NCBI GenBank assembly: GCA_025453955.1
Contig: JALOPJ010000003.1
Location: forward strand, 1 to 57,468
DNA length: 57,468 nucleotides
Reading direction: 5' to 3'
Source of the DNA: Candidatus Edwardsbacteria bacterium
Lineage (GTDB): Bacteria > Edwardsbacteria > AC1 > EtOH8
Shown here: piece after piece, positions 30,735 through 40,116 of the stretch
Position numbering within the stretch: the stretch's first letter is position 1
Layout: each line of letters starts with the position of its first letter
Notes under the pieces: model-generated
The model's input: only the letters and a program-made list of their open reading frames with translations
Database searches by the model: none
What the model was told of the DNA's origin: nothing
Translations under genes and position numbers: made by a program

Positions 30735-31201
30735 ATGAACACCCGTATCAGCAGGCCGACGATCAGCGCGCCGATGAAGCTCAGCCCGTTGCGCAGCAGG
30801 GCAACCGGCCTGCCGAAAAACCGGCTCTCCAGCGGCAGAGTAACAATACCGACCATCATCAGGGTCGTGATGAAGACCGCCACCACGGCATACCCCGCGC
30901 CGGTCTTGAGTATCAACGCGCCCAGCGGGAAGGCGACGAACCCCGGGATCATCGCGATGGATCCGATCACGGCCGCCACCGCATATCCGGCCACCCCGGA
31001 ATTTGCCCCCAGCCAACGGACGATGGTCTGCTGCGGCACGAGGGTCAGAGCGAGACTGACCAAGATCAACATATTCAGCAACGCCGGCAAGATGCCGACG
31101 AACATCTTGAGGCCGCGACGTAAGCCTGCCGTCGTCTTGCGGCGGTCAGCAACGAACGAAACGACCACCACTACAGCAGTGATACAGATCAGTATCAGCA
31201 T
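30731..31201 (-). CDS. Predicted permease (DUF318/ArsP-like half)
   Basis: Hydrophobic, IPGFVAFPL, MVGIVTLPLE. Confidence 0.75.
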   Translation of the reverse strand: MLILICITAVVVVVSFVADRRKTTAGLRRGLKMFVGILPALLNMLILVSLALTLVPQQTIVRWLGANSGVAGYAVAAVIGSIAMIPGFVAFPLGALILKTGAGYAVVAVFITTLMMVGIVTLPLESRFFGRPVALLRNGLSFIGALIVGLLIRVFM

Positions 31202-31253
31202 CGGTAGGTGCGCATGCGCTGACAGTCGGGACAGCCAGTTCTGATAATGCCTG

Positions 31254-31682
31254 TCACTTTTCCCTGACCGCAGCCTTGCGCGAGGGTGAACTGGTCACCT
31301 CCCGGTAGGCCGCCAGCAACCGCCCTAGCCTCTCCCGGCGCTCCTCGATGCTCTGGGCCCAGGCCGACAAGAGCTTCCGGCCCTTCGGGGTGATCTGGTA
31401 GGAGCGGCGGGCCGGGCCGGAGGATTTGGTGGCCCATTGCGATTTGACCGTGCCGTTGAGCTCCATTTGCCGCAGCAGCCGGTAGATGGCGGCTTGGTCC
31501 GGGACGCCATCCTGTAGCTCTTGTTTCTTCATGTCGTCCCGCAGGTGGTAGCCGTACGACTGGCCCTTCGCCAGCAGGATCAATATGGCAGGCATCAGGA
31601 ACTTGGAGGTGCGCTGGGTATGGCAGCCGCACTCCTTTAACATATCCTGTCCACAGGAACACGCCTTCTTCCCATCGCACAT
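31254..31682 (-). CDS. PadR-family regulator with Cys-rich N-terminus
   Basis: SYGYHL, IYRLLRQME, GPARRSYQITPKG; AGAGAGG RBS before ATG at 31682. Confidence 0.9.
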   Translation of the reverse strand: MCDGKKACSCGQDMLKECGCHTQRTSKFLMPAILILLAKGQSYGYHLRDDMKKQELQDGVPDQAAIYRLLRQMELNGTVKSQWATKSSGPARRSYQITPKGRKLLSAWAQSIEERRERLGRLLAAYREVTSSPSRKAAVREK

Positions 31683-31694
31683 GATAAACCTCTC

Positions 31695-31743
31695 TATGTT
31701 CATTAGACATATAGATGATACAGGAGGTTTAACCGAAAGTCAA
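31695..31743 (-). promoter_or_regulatory. sigma70 promoter and PadR-type operator
   Basis: TTGACT-N17-TATCAT (31715-31743); TATGT-N7-ACATA palindrome (31695-31711). Confidence 0.7.
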
Positions 31744-31786
31744 GAGTGTTTCATAATTTCTTGCCGGGGCCGGGGCGAGAACAAAG

Positions 31787-31825
31787 AAAAGGCCGCTGCA
31801 TCATCCAATAGATGCAACGGCCTTC
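31787..31825 (-). terminator. Hairpin/terminator at the inner edge of the island 2 arm
   Basis: GGCCGCTGCATC..GATGCAACGGCC with T-rich tail on minus strand. Confidence 0.6.
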
Positions 31826-32007
31826 AATGCCCGGACCACGGCTGCGATCTCCCTTTACACCCCACCGCGAAAGATGTAAAAAAGACCACTTAGTGGACGA
31901 AAAAGGCGTGAGCGTGCTTAAACAATAACATCAACAACGAACCGTAACTTGCACATTGGATAGCTAATGGAATATTGCGCAGTAGGCTTCGAATCAATGG
32001 TTTCTTC

Positions 32008-32045
32008 TTACGAGAACTTCGCGCTGACCGTTGCGCTACGCTGGC
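32008..32045 (-). pseudogene. Diverged tRNA-Thr(CGT) 5' half (third att-like site)
   Basis: GCCAGCG TA GCGC AACGGTCA GCGC G AAGTT CTCGTAA: same 38-nt layout as the intact tRNA 5' half, 25/38 identical. Confidence 0.8.
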
Positions 32046-32082
32046 TTTATGCAATACTGTACAGGAAAAAACCGGATGCAAG

Positions 32083-32856
32083 TCATTCAGCGGCCCGCCG
32101 GGCCTTGCTTCCCAGGACGATTGCCGTGACTAGGGCCGCGGCCAGCAGGGCGACGCTCACCCACTGGTTGTTGGTCAGGCCCAGCGCGGCGACCTGCGAC
32201 CGCTCGTAATGCCGCAGGAAGTCCAGGAAGAAGCGCCACACCGAATACAGCGCGACGAACCCGCAGATCAGCAGTCCCGGGACGGTCCTGCGCCGCGCCA
32301 GGTGCAGGAACAGGGCGAATGCCGCGAACCCGAACGCCGCCTCGTACAGCTGGGTGGGCTGCAGCGCGCAGCCCATCGACCCCGCTGCGCTGCCGGCCGG
32401 GAAGGTCACCGCCCAGGGCAGCTGCGACGGCTTGCCGTAGCAGCAGCCGTTGAGGAAACAGCCCAGCCGTCCCAGGCCGATGCCCAGCGCGAACGCGGGG
32501 GCGATCAGGTCGGACATCGTCCAGATCGGCAGCTGGCGCCGGGCCATGCAGGCGAATCCCGCCGGCACCGCCAGCAGCACGCCGCCGTAGAAGGTCAACC
32601 CGCCCTCCCACACCGCCAGCACCGACCACCAGCAGCCGCGGTAGTCGTCGAGGTGCGACAGCACGTAGAAGGCGCGCGACCCGACCACCGCCGCGGCCAT
32701 GATCACCAGGGCGCAGTCCAGCACGGCGTCGCGGTCGAGGCCGCGGGCCGCGGCCAGGCGCTCGATCAGCAGCGTGCCGGCCAGGAAGGACAGCGCCAGC
32801 GCCAGGCCGTAGCTGTGGAGGGTCAGCGGACCGATGGAGACGATGTCGGGCAGCAT
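32083..32856 (-). CDS. lgt: Prolipoprotein diacylglyceryl transferase
   Basis: HSYG, GGLTFYGG, GRLGCFLNGCCYG, PTQLYE, RFFLDFLR. Confidence 0.95.
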   Translation of the reverse strand: MLPDIVSIGPLTLHSYGLALALSFLAGTLLIERLAAARGLDRDAVLDCALVIMAAAVVGSRAFYVLSHLDDYRGCWWSVLAVWEGGLTFYGGVLLAVPAGFACMARRQLPIWTMSDLIAPAFALGIGLGRLGCFLNGCCYGKPSQLPWAVTFPAGSAAGSMGCALQPTQLYEAAFGFAAFALFLHLARRRTVPGLLICGFVALYSVWRFFLDFLRHYERSQVAALGLTNNQWVSVALLAAALVTAIVLGSKARRAAE

Positions 32857-32885
32857 GGTGCGGTGCGGTCGATTCTAGAGAATGG

Positions 32886-34115
32886 TCAGTATTCGTAGCG
32901 GCGCAGGCCGATGCCCAGCACGATCCCGGCCATGGCCAGCATGGTGATCACCGCCGAGCCGCCGTAGCTGACGAACGGCAGCGGGATGCCGGTGACCGGC
33001 ATCACGCCCAGGGTCATGCCGATGTTCAGCACCACGTTGAAGCCGATCACCGTGACGATGCCGGTCGCCGCCAGCGAGGCGAACCGGTTGCGGGTCTGGC
33101 GGGCGATCTGGATGCCGCGGTACAGCAGCCAGCCGTACAGCAGCAGCAGCAGCAGCACGCCCCACAGGCCCAGCTCCTCGCCGATGGTCGAAAAGATGAA
33201 ATCGGTATGCTGGGCGGGCAGGAACGAGAGCTTCTTCTGGGTGCCCTGCAGGAACCCCTTGCCGGCGAGGCCGCCCGAGCCGATGGCGATCTTCGACTGC
33301 AGCACGTGCCATCCCGACCCGCGGGGGTCGATGCCGGGATTGAGGAAGATCAGGATCCGTTTCTGCTGGTACTCCTTGAGGCCGTGCCACAGCCAGGGCG
33401 ACAGCGACCCGATGGCGATGTTCAGCAGGAACAGCGGCAGGGCGGCGGCGAACCGCACGCGGAACAGCAGGAACGCGCCGAACAGCACGGCGACGAACAC
33501 CAGGAAGCTGGGCATCGAGAACACCGCGACCATCGAGAGCAGCGGCGACAGCAGGAAGAAGATGTCGCGCAGCGGCGTTCCCCGCCAGAACAGCACGGCC
33601 AGCAGGATCACCGGGAAGGACAGCGACGTGCCGAGGTCGGGCTCGATCAGCACCAGGGCCATCGGCGCCGCGGTCAGGACGATCGGCAGCCCGTAGCGCA
33701 GGACGAAGCTCCGGGCCTTGCGCCACTTGTCGGAGACGGACGCCAGCAGGAAGATGGTCGCCAGCTTGGCCAGCTCCGACGGCTGGGCCTGGAAGAATCC
33801 CAGGTCGATCCAGCGGTGGGTCCGCTGGTGCGCCGGCAGGAACAGCACCAGCACCAACAGGCCGAGCGCCGCCAGGTACAGCGGCCAGGCGAACGCCTCC
33901 CAGTACCGGAACGGCAGCGCCGCGCCGAGGGCCATGGCCAGGAGGCCCAGGGCGACCCACAACAATTGGCGCTGCCACAGCCCGGCCAGCGCTGGCTGGT
34001 CGACCTGGGTGGCGCTGTAGACGGAGAGCACGCCGGCCGCGGACAGCAGCACCACGGCCGCCAGCAGGCCGCCGTCGAGGTCGCGGCTGAAGCCGAGGGA
34101 GCGTCCGCCGGTCAT
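32886..34115 (-). CDS. rodA: Rod shape-determining protein RodA
   Basis: QPSELAK, EPDLGT, AIGSGG, LPAQHTDFIF, TGIPLPFVSYGGS. Confidence 0.96.
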   Translation of the reverse strand: MTGGRSLGFSRDLDGGLLAAVVLLSAAGVLSVYSATQVDQPALAGLWQRQLLWVALGLLAMALGAALPFRYWEAFAWPLYLAALGLLVLVLFLPAHQRTHRWIDLGFFQAQPSELAKLATIFLLASVSDKWRKARSFVLRYGLPIVLTAAPMALVLIEPDLGTSLSFPVILLAVLFWRGTPLRDIFFLLSPLLSMVAVFSMPSFLVFVAVLFGAFLLFRVRFAAALPLFLLNIAIGSLSPWLWHGLKEYQQKRILIFLNPGIDPRGSGWHVLQSKIAIGSGGLAGKGFLQGTQKKLSFLPAQHTDFIFSTIGEELGLWGVLLLLLLYGWLLYRGIQIARQTRNRFASLAATGIVTVIGFNVVLNIGMTLGVMPVTGIPLPFVSYGGSAVITMLAMAGIVLGIGLRRYEY

Positions 34116-35920
34116 TCGGCGGCCAGCGTCGCCTGTCCCGGCGACCGGGGCTGGCGGCGTCCCAGGTAGGTACGGACGATGCTGCCGGCGATGGGCGCCG
34201 CCACCGCCGAGCCGTGGCCGGCGTTCTCGACCAGCACGGCGACCGCGATCGACGGGCGATCGGCCGGAGCGAAGCAGGCGAACCAGGAATGGTCCTCGCC
34301 GTGGGGATTCTGGGCGGTGCCGGTCTTTCCCGCCACCGCCACCCCGGCCACCCGCGCCGCGCCCCCGGTGCCGCCCGGTTGGTTGACCACGTCGGCCAGC
34401 GCCCGCTTCAGCGCCGCGATGGTCGCCGGCGAGAGGGGCAGCCGGTCGTAGATCTTGAGCTCCTTGCGGAACACCGCCCCCTCGGCGGTCTCGGCGGAGA
34501 CCAGCAGATGCGGTTTCCAGCGCTGGCCGTCGTTGCCGATGGCGCCGTAGAGCGACGCCAGCTGCAGCGGCGTCACCATCAGCTCGCCCTGCCCGATGGC
34601 CATGTTGGCGGCGACGCCCCCCCGCCAGCTGCCCGGACCGGTGCGACGCCGGTACCAGGAACTGTCCGGCACCAGCCCCGGGCTCTCGATCGGCAGGTCG
34701 ACCCGGGTGCGGTCGCCCAGCCCCATCCGGCGCGACCACCGGGCCATCCGCTCGACGGTCAGCGCCAGCCCCAGCTGGTAGAAATAGACGTCGCAGGAAT
34801 GGACCATCGCCCCGTGCAGGTCCAGCGACCCGTGCCCCCCCTTGTCCCAGCACTTGAACACCCGGTTGCCGATCCGCAGCGAACCGCCGCAGGCCCGCGG
34901 CATCCGGCCGTCCGCCGTGATCAGCGACTCCTCGAGCGCCGCCGCCGCGGTGACCACCTTGAAGGTCGATCCCGGCGGGTAGGCGCTGCGGACGGCGCGG
35001 TCCCACATCGGGAAATCCGGATCGTTGGCCAGCCGGTTCCAGTCGGCGGCGCGGATGCCGGTGGCGAACTGGTTGGGATCGAAGTTGGGACGGCTGACCA
35101 GGGCCAGGATCCTGCCGGTGGACGGCTCGATGGCGACGGCGGCCCCCTTCTGGCCGACGGCGAACAGGCTTTCGGCCGCCAGCTGCAGGCCCCAGTCGAT
35201 CGAGAGGCGCAGCGTGGATCCCGGCACCGGCTCCACCGGCTCCAGCGCCTGCGGCGCTCCCCGTTCCCGTCCCCGGGCATCGACCTCGTACAGCTCGTAC
35301 CCGTCGCTGCCCCGCAGGATGTTCTCGTACTGCTGCTCCAGGCTGCCCTTCCCCAGGAAATCGTCGAGGCCGTACCCGTAGTCCCGCAGCGAATCGTACT
35401 GGTTGACCGCGATCCTGCCGGTGAACCCCAGCAGATGGCTGCCGACCGGGCCGAAACATGCCCGCCGCAGCGACGCGGTCTCGATCCGCAGCCCCGGCAG
35501 GTCATCGAGGTGCTCCTCGATCCGGGCCAGCAGCGGCGGCGGCAGGTCGCGAACCAGCACCACCGGATCGCGCGGGAATTGCCGGCGCTGACCGGTGACG
35601 GCGGCGAACATGGCGGCGCTGTCCAGCGCCAGCAGCGACGCCGCGCGGGACACCGGCGCGGCCCAGTCCGCGGTCGCGAACAGCACCAGATTGAACCCCG
35701 GGCGGCTTTCGGCGATGATGACGCTGTCGGCCGTGAGCACCAGGCCGCGCGGGGCGGCCAGGTCGATCCGCCGCAGGCGGTTCTGCCGGGACAGCATCCC
35801 GTACTTCGAGGAATCGAACACCTGCAGCTGGGCGCTGCGCACCAGCAGCAGGGACAACGCCGCGCCGCAGATGGCCATCAGCGCCAGCGTCCGCTCCCGG
35901 GATCCGATCTCCTGGGCCAT
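34112..35920 (-). CDS. mrdA: Penicillin-binding protein 2
   Basis: PGSTFK, SCDVYFY, GKTGTAQ; in mre operon. Confidence 0.96.
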   Translation of the reverse strand: MAQEIGSRERTLALMAICGAALSLLLVRSAQLQVFDSSKYGMLSRQNRLRRIDLAAPRGLVLTADSVIIAESRPGFNLVLFATADWAAPVSRAASLLALDSAAMFAAVTGQRRQFPRDPVVLVRDLPPPLLARIEEHLDDLPGLRIETASLRRACFGPVGSHLLGFTGRIAVNQYDSLRDYGYGLDDFLGKGSLEQQYENILRGSDGYELYEVDARGRERGAPQALEPVEPVPGSTLRLSIDWGLQLAAESLFAVGQKGAAVAIEPSTGRILALVSRPNFDPNQFATGIRAADWNRLANDPDFPMWDRAVRSAYPPGSTFKVVTAAAALEESLITADGRMPRACGGSLRIGNRVFKCWDKGGHGSLDLHGAMVHSCDVYFYQLGLALTVERMARWSRRMGLGDRTRVDLPIESPGLVPDSSWYRRRTGPGSWRGGVAANMAIGQGELMVTPLQLASLYGAIGNDGQRWKPHLLVSAETAEGAVFRKELKIYDRLPLSPATIAALKRALADVVNQPGGTGGAARVAGVAVAGKTGTAQNPHGEDHSWFACFAPADRPSIAVAVLVENAGHGSAVAAPIAGSIVRTYLGRRQPRSPGQATLAAE

Positions 35921-35923
35921 CGG

Positions 35924-36412
35924 CTAGCGCTCCCTGCCGGACGGTCGCGGGAACAGCAGGCGGTTGTACAGCGGCAGCAGCAGCACCGCCGCCGCCGCGG
36001 TATAGACAGCCGAGCCGATGCCGTGGCGCAGCAGGATCGACAGGTAGCCGCCGCCCGACCGCAGCGAGGCGATCACCGGCACCACCGCCAATGCCAGGGC
36101 CGCCGCGGCCGCCACCTGCCCCGCCAGCTTCTCCGGATACAGCCGGTCGCGCACGGCGCCGCCGGCGAAACCGGCCACCGTGTAGCAGGCGGCGCACAAT
36201 CCCATCGTCGCGGGGTGGTAGCAGTCGGCCAGAAATCCTCCCAGGAACCCGATCCGCATCGCCGCCAGCGGGCCGATCCGCAACGCGGCCAGCATCACCA
36301 GGATGCACAGCAGGTCGGGGGCCATCCCGGCGACGGTGATGGCGCCCCCCAGCGCCGACTGCAGGAAGACGCTGAGCCAGGCCGCGAAGATTGCCAGGAT
36401 GCCCCGCCTCAT
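35924..36412 (-). CDS. mreD: Rod shape-determining protein MreD
   Basis: Hydrophobic, PDL, GFLAD; position between mreC and mrdA. Confidence 0.9.
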   Translation of the reverse strand: MRRGILAIFAAWLSVFLQSALGGAITVAGMAPDLLCILVMLAALRIGPLAAMRIGFLGGFLADCYHPATMGLCAACYTVAGFAGGAVRDRLYPEKLAGQVAAAAALALAVVPVIASLRSGGGYLSILLRHGIGSAVYTAAAAVLLLPLYNRLLFPRPSGRER

Positions 36413-37362
36413 TCGCCCCGCTCCGGGAGCATTTGCAGCGTCTCCGGCAGCTCCACCCTGGTCGCGGGGACGCTGATCCGCAGCGCGGCGGGCGGTTCGG
36501 CCCGCCGCCGTCGCGGCGGGACCGGCGGTACGCCCGGGACGGCCGCCGGTTCCAGCGAGGCCGGCCGGCCGTGGTCCCCGCCGGTGATCACGAACAGGTG
36601 GGTCAGGCGGTTGATGTCGAGCGCCGGGCTGACGTCGATCAGGCAGGTCAGGCTGCTCTTGCGGGTGGTGACGCCGGAGACGGTCCCCAGCGGCAGCCCG
36701 AACGGGAACAGCTGGCCGTAGCCGGAACTGACGATGGTGTCCCCCACGCGGACATCGCTGCGCAGCGGCACCCGGTCCAGGATGCAGTGCGTCCCTCCCG
36801 CCGTGCGGAACACGCCCAGCACCCTGCTGCGCAGGTCGATGGCGCTGACCCGCGACTGGGGGTCGAAGACGGTGCGGACGGTGGCCGATCCGCCCTGCAC
36901 CGCCGTCACCGCTCCCACCACGCCGTCGGGCGCGAAAACGATCATGCCCGGCCGCAGGCCGTCATCCGAACCGCGGTCGATCCGCAGGTCCGGCGTCAGC
37001 AGGGCCGGTTCGCGCCCCGACACCTGTGCCGTCACCACGGTCCAGGCGCCGCGCTCCCGCAGCGACAGCAGCGACCGCAGGCGGTCGTTCTCGAGGCGGG
37101 CCTCGGTCAGCCTGATGGCGGTCAGCCGGGCCGCGGCCAGCTGGTCGCGGAGCGATTCGTTCTCGCGCCACGACGACCGCAACGACCGCAGCTGGAACGC
37201 CGGCAGCTCCAGCGGGGCGAAGCAGATCCGCACCACGCCGTCCCCCAGGCCCTGCCGCCATTCGGACGGGAAGGCCGAGAGCACGAGGCTGGCCAGCAGC
37301 AACGCCGCCAGCAGGGCGACATCGTGCCGGCGCAGCAATTTGACGGAGCCGAGGCGGATCAC
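36409..37362 (-). CDS. mreC: Rod shape-determining protein MreC
   Basis: ENDRLRSLL, IDRGSDDG, SSGYGQLFP.GLPLG. Confidence 0.93.
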   Translation of the reverse strand: MIRLGSVKLLRRHDVALLAALLLASLVLSAFPSEWRQGLGDGVVRICFAPLELPAFQLRSLRSSWRENESLRDQLAAARLTAIRLTEARLENDRLRSLLSLRERGAWTVVTAQVSGREPALLTPDLRIDRGSDDGLRPGMIVFAPDGVVGAVTAVQGGSATVRTVFDPQSRVSAIDLRSRVLGVFRTAGGTHCILDRVPLRSDVRVGDTIVSSGYGQLFPFGLPLGTVSGVTTRKSSLTCLIDVSPALDINRLTHLFVITGGDHGRPASLEPAAVPGVPPVPPRRRRAEPPAALRISVPATRVELPETLQMLPERGE

Positions 37363-37387
37363 GGCGTCACCGGGCGTTCCTGCCGCG

Positions 37388-38440
37388 TCATTCCTTGCGG
37401 CTCTGCATCAGCACCTTGTGGTGCCGCTCCGGGTTCTCCAGCACCTTGCCGGCGCCCAGCACGATGCACTCGCGGGTCTGCTCGGCCACCCGGATCGACA
37501 GGTTGGTCTCCTCCCGCAGCAGGGCGTCCAGGCCCTTGAGCAGCGACCCGCCGCCGGTCATCACGATGCCGGTGTCGACGATGTCGGCCGCCAGCTCGGG
37601 CGGCGTCTGCTCCAGCGCCCGCTTCACCGCCACCACGATGGCGTTGACCGGCTCGCGCAGGGCCTCGCGGATCTCCTCGCTGCGGATCTTGATGGCCCGG
37701 GGGATGCCGCTCACCAGGTCGCGGCCCTTGACCTCCATCTCCCGGCTCTCCTCCACCGGGAAGGCCGAGCCGATCTTGATCTTGATGTCCTCGGCGGTCT
37801 GCTCGCCGATCAGCACGCTGTAGTTCTTGCGCAGGTACTCGACGATGGCGTCGTCCATCTCGTCGCCGGCGATGCGGATCGACGTGTTGGAGACGATCCC
37901 GGACAGGGCGATCACGGCGATCTCGGTGGTGCCGCCGCCGATGTCGATCACCATGCTGCCGACGGCCGAGTCCACCGGCAGGCCGACGCCGATGGCGGCC
38001 GAGATCGGCTCGGCGATCAGGAAGACCTCGCGGGCCCCGGCGTGCTCGGCCGAGTCGCGCACGGCGCGCTTCTCCACCTCGGTGATGCCCGACGGCACGC
38101 AGATGATCACCCGCGGCCGCACGATGGTGCGCCGTTTCTGGGCCATCTTGATGAAGGCCCGCAGCATCTCCTCGCAGATCTCGAAGTCGGCGATCACGCC
38201 GTCCTTCATCGGCCGGATGGCCTTGATCTCGTCGGGCGTGCGGCCCAGCATCCGCTTGGCCTCGTCGCCCACGGCGATGGCCACCCCGGTCTTCTTCTCG
38301 ATGGCCACCACCGACGGCTGGTGCAGCACGATGCCCTTGCCCTCGACGTAGACCAGCGTGCTGGCCGTGCCCAGGTCGACGGCCATGTCGTGCGAGATGA
38401 CTCCCGAGAAGAAATCCTTCAGGTCGGCAAGTGTGAACAT
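37388..38440 (-). CDS. mreB: Rod shape-determining protein MreB
   Basis: DLGTA, RPMKDGVIADF, DIGGGTTE, TPPELAADI, TGGGSLL. Confidence 0.98.
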   Translation of the reverse strand: MFTLADLKDFFSGVISHDMAVDLGTASTLVYVEGKGIVLHQPSVVAIEKKTGVAIAVGDEAKRMLGRTPDEIKAIRPMKDGVIADFEICEEMLRAFIKMAQKRRTIVRPRVIICVPSGITEVEKRAVRDSAEHAGAREVFLIAEPISAAIGVGLPVDSAVGSMVIDIGGGTTEIAVIALSGIVSNTSIRIAGDEMDDAIVEYLRKNYSVLIGEQTAEDIKIKIGSAFPVEESREMEVKGRDLVSGIPRAIKIRSEEIREALREPVNAIVVAVKRALEQTPPELAADIVDTGIVMTGGGSLLKGLDALLREETNLSIRVAEQTRECIVLGAGKVLENPERHHKVLMQSRKE

Positions 38441-38493
38441 GCTTCCTCTATCCTGCTTCATTTAATTGTGCGTGAACGCTCCGGGGACCGGGG

Positions 38494-39294
38494 TCAGCTG
38501 CCGGCGCTTTCGTAGCGCCGGACGCCGCGGCGCCACACCGCGGCGGCGACCAAGGCCGCGGCCAGGGCCGCCAGCGGGGCCAGGACGACCATCGTCCCCG
38601 AGCCCGGCTTGCGCAGCAGCCAGGCCGACGGGTAGAACGCGGCGAAGGCGAACGGCACCACCCAGGTCAGCACCGACTGCAGCCATTTTCCGAAGATCGT
38701 CGCCGGGTAGCGGGCGAACCCCTCCAGCATCAGCACCACCGAGGCGATGCTGCCGCGGTCCCTGAACCAGAACGTCAGGCCGGCCAGGGCCGTGAACACG
38801 GCGGCGTAGATGGCGCAGCCGTTGGCCAGCGCCAGCGCCACCAGGGCCACCCGGCCGGGCGTCGGGTCCAGGTGCAGCTTTCCGGCGGCGTAGCCCGCCA
38901 TCAGCAGCCCCAGCAGCACGCCCGGCAGGTCCTCCAGGTCGATGCGCTCGGTCACCACCTGGAAGTAGCTGCCCAGCGGCCGCAGCAGCACCCGGTCGAA
39001 CCCGCCCTCCAGGATGTAGCGGCCGGACAGCTCGAACAGGTTGGTGAACAGCACGTTGAACAACCCGAACACGGCCTGGGCGATGCCGAAGATGAACAGG
39101 ATCTCGTGGCGGCCCCAGCCGCGGATCTGCGGGATCCGCGCCGTGAGCGACGTGATGAACAGCACGCCGATCAGCTGGATCATCAGGTTGGCGGTGAAGC
39201 CCACCCAGAAGTCGGCCCGGTAGGCCATCCGCGACTTGACCGTGTTGGCCAGGTAGGCCCCGTACAGCTGGCTGTAGAAGAAAAAACGTTTCAT
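38494..39294 (-). CDS. ABC-2 family permease (DUF990-like)
   Basis: YRADF, GGFDRVLLRP, ARYP, YESAGS. Confidence 0.9.
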   Translation of the reverse strand: MKRFFFYSQLYGAYLANTVKSRMAYRADFWVGFTANLMIQLIGVLFITSLTARIPQIRGWGRHEILFIFGIAQAVFGLFNVLFTNLFELSGRYILEGGFDRVLLRPLGSYFQVVTERIDLEDLPGVLLGLLMAGYAAGKLHLDPTPGRVALVALALANGCAIYAAVFTALAGLTFWFRDRGSIASVVLMLEGFARYPATIFGKWLQSVLTWVVPFAFAAFYPSAWLLRKPGSGTMVVLAPLAALAAALVAAAVWRRGVRRYESAGS

Positions 39295-39315
39295 CGCGTC
39301 ATGCCGGCATACCGC

Positions 39316-40116
39316 TCATCCCCCCTGGATCTCCAGCCGCTTGATGGCGAAGTGCCACAGCAGCTGCCCGGCGGCGTAGATGATGATGATCCACATCACC
39401 TGCAGCAGCACGCCCTGGTGCACCCGCGACAGCGGCTCCATCCCCAGGTAGATCCGCAGCGGCACGTAGGCGATGTACTTGAACGGCAGCCAGAACAGCG
39501 CGCCCTGCACCCAGGCCGGGAAGAACGAGATCGGGATCATCACGCCGGAGAACACCTCCACCAGCATCTGCTTGAAGCGGAACACCCCCTCGTTGTTGCG
39601 GGTGAAGAACGCCATCAGGCCGGTCAGGTAGCTGATGCCGGCGTGCAGGAAGAAGCTCAGCACCACCGACAGCGGGAACAGGTACGGGCCCAGCCGGCCG
39701 CTGGGCGGCTTGATCGGGAACAGCAGCGAGGCCACCACGATGATCGGGAGCGTCATGAAGACGAACATGAACACCGCCCGGCCGAACGACCGGAAATAGT
39801 GGTAGAGCTGGAAGTTGGTCGGCTTGAGCAGGTCCATCACGATCGAGCCGTCGCGCACCGCGTCGCCGATCATCCGGTCGATGCGGTTGGCGAAGAAGGT
39901 CCGGGCCGACCAGCCGATCACCACGTAGGTCATCATCTGGCTCATGGTGAACCCGGCGATCACCGGGCGGCTGGCGAACACCGCCCGCCACAGGAAGTAG
40001 TTGAGCGCGATCACCAGCAGGTAGGACAGCACGTTCATCAGCACCTGGAAGCGGTGGGCCAGGTAGGCGATGAACCCGATCCGCATGAACTGCCAGTATT
40101 TCGCGACCTTCTTCAC
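39316..40116 (-). CDS. ABC-2 family permease (DUF990-like)
   Basis: DGSIVMDLLKP, SGVMIPISFFP, C-terminal IQGG; GTG start. Confidence 0.9.
   Translation of the reverse strand: MKKVAKYWQFMRIGFIAYLAHRFQVLMNVLSYLLVIALNYFLWRAVFASRPVIAGFTMSQMMTYVVIGWSARTFFANRIDRMIGDAVRDGSIVMDLLKPTNFQLYHYFRSFGRAVFMFVFMTLPIIVVASLLFPIKPPSGRLGPYLFPLSVVLSFFLHAGISYLTGLMAFFTRNNEGVFRFKQMLVEVFSGVMIPISFFPAWVQGALFWLPFKYIAYVPLRIYLGMEPLSRVHQGVLLQVMWIIIIYAAGQLLWHFAIKRLEIQGG

Larger units (their letters stand above)
24507..32045. mobile_element. Genomic island 2 (probably older), no integrase seen; PadR-led efflux/metal cargo
   Basis: 24548-24755 resembles 10925-11133; 31887-32013 is colinear with 24387-24515; ends in a diverged tRNA-Thr 5' half. 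Confidence 0.75.

Noticed and set aside
10929-32007. Integrase, transposase or prophage genes in the islands
   Set aside because: All sizeable ORFs have other assignments; no recombinase, DDE or phage motifs recognised.
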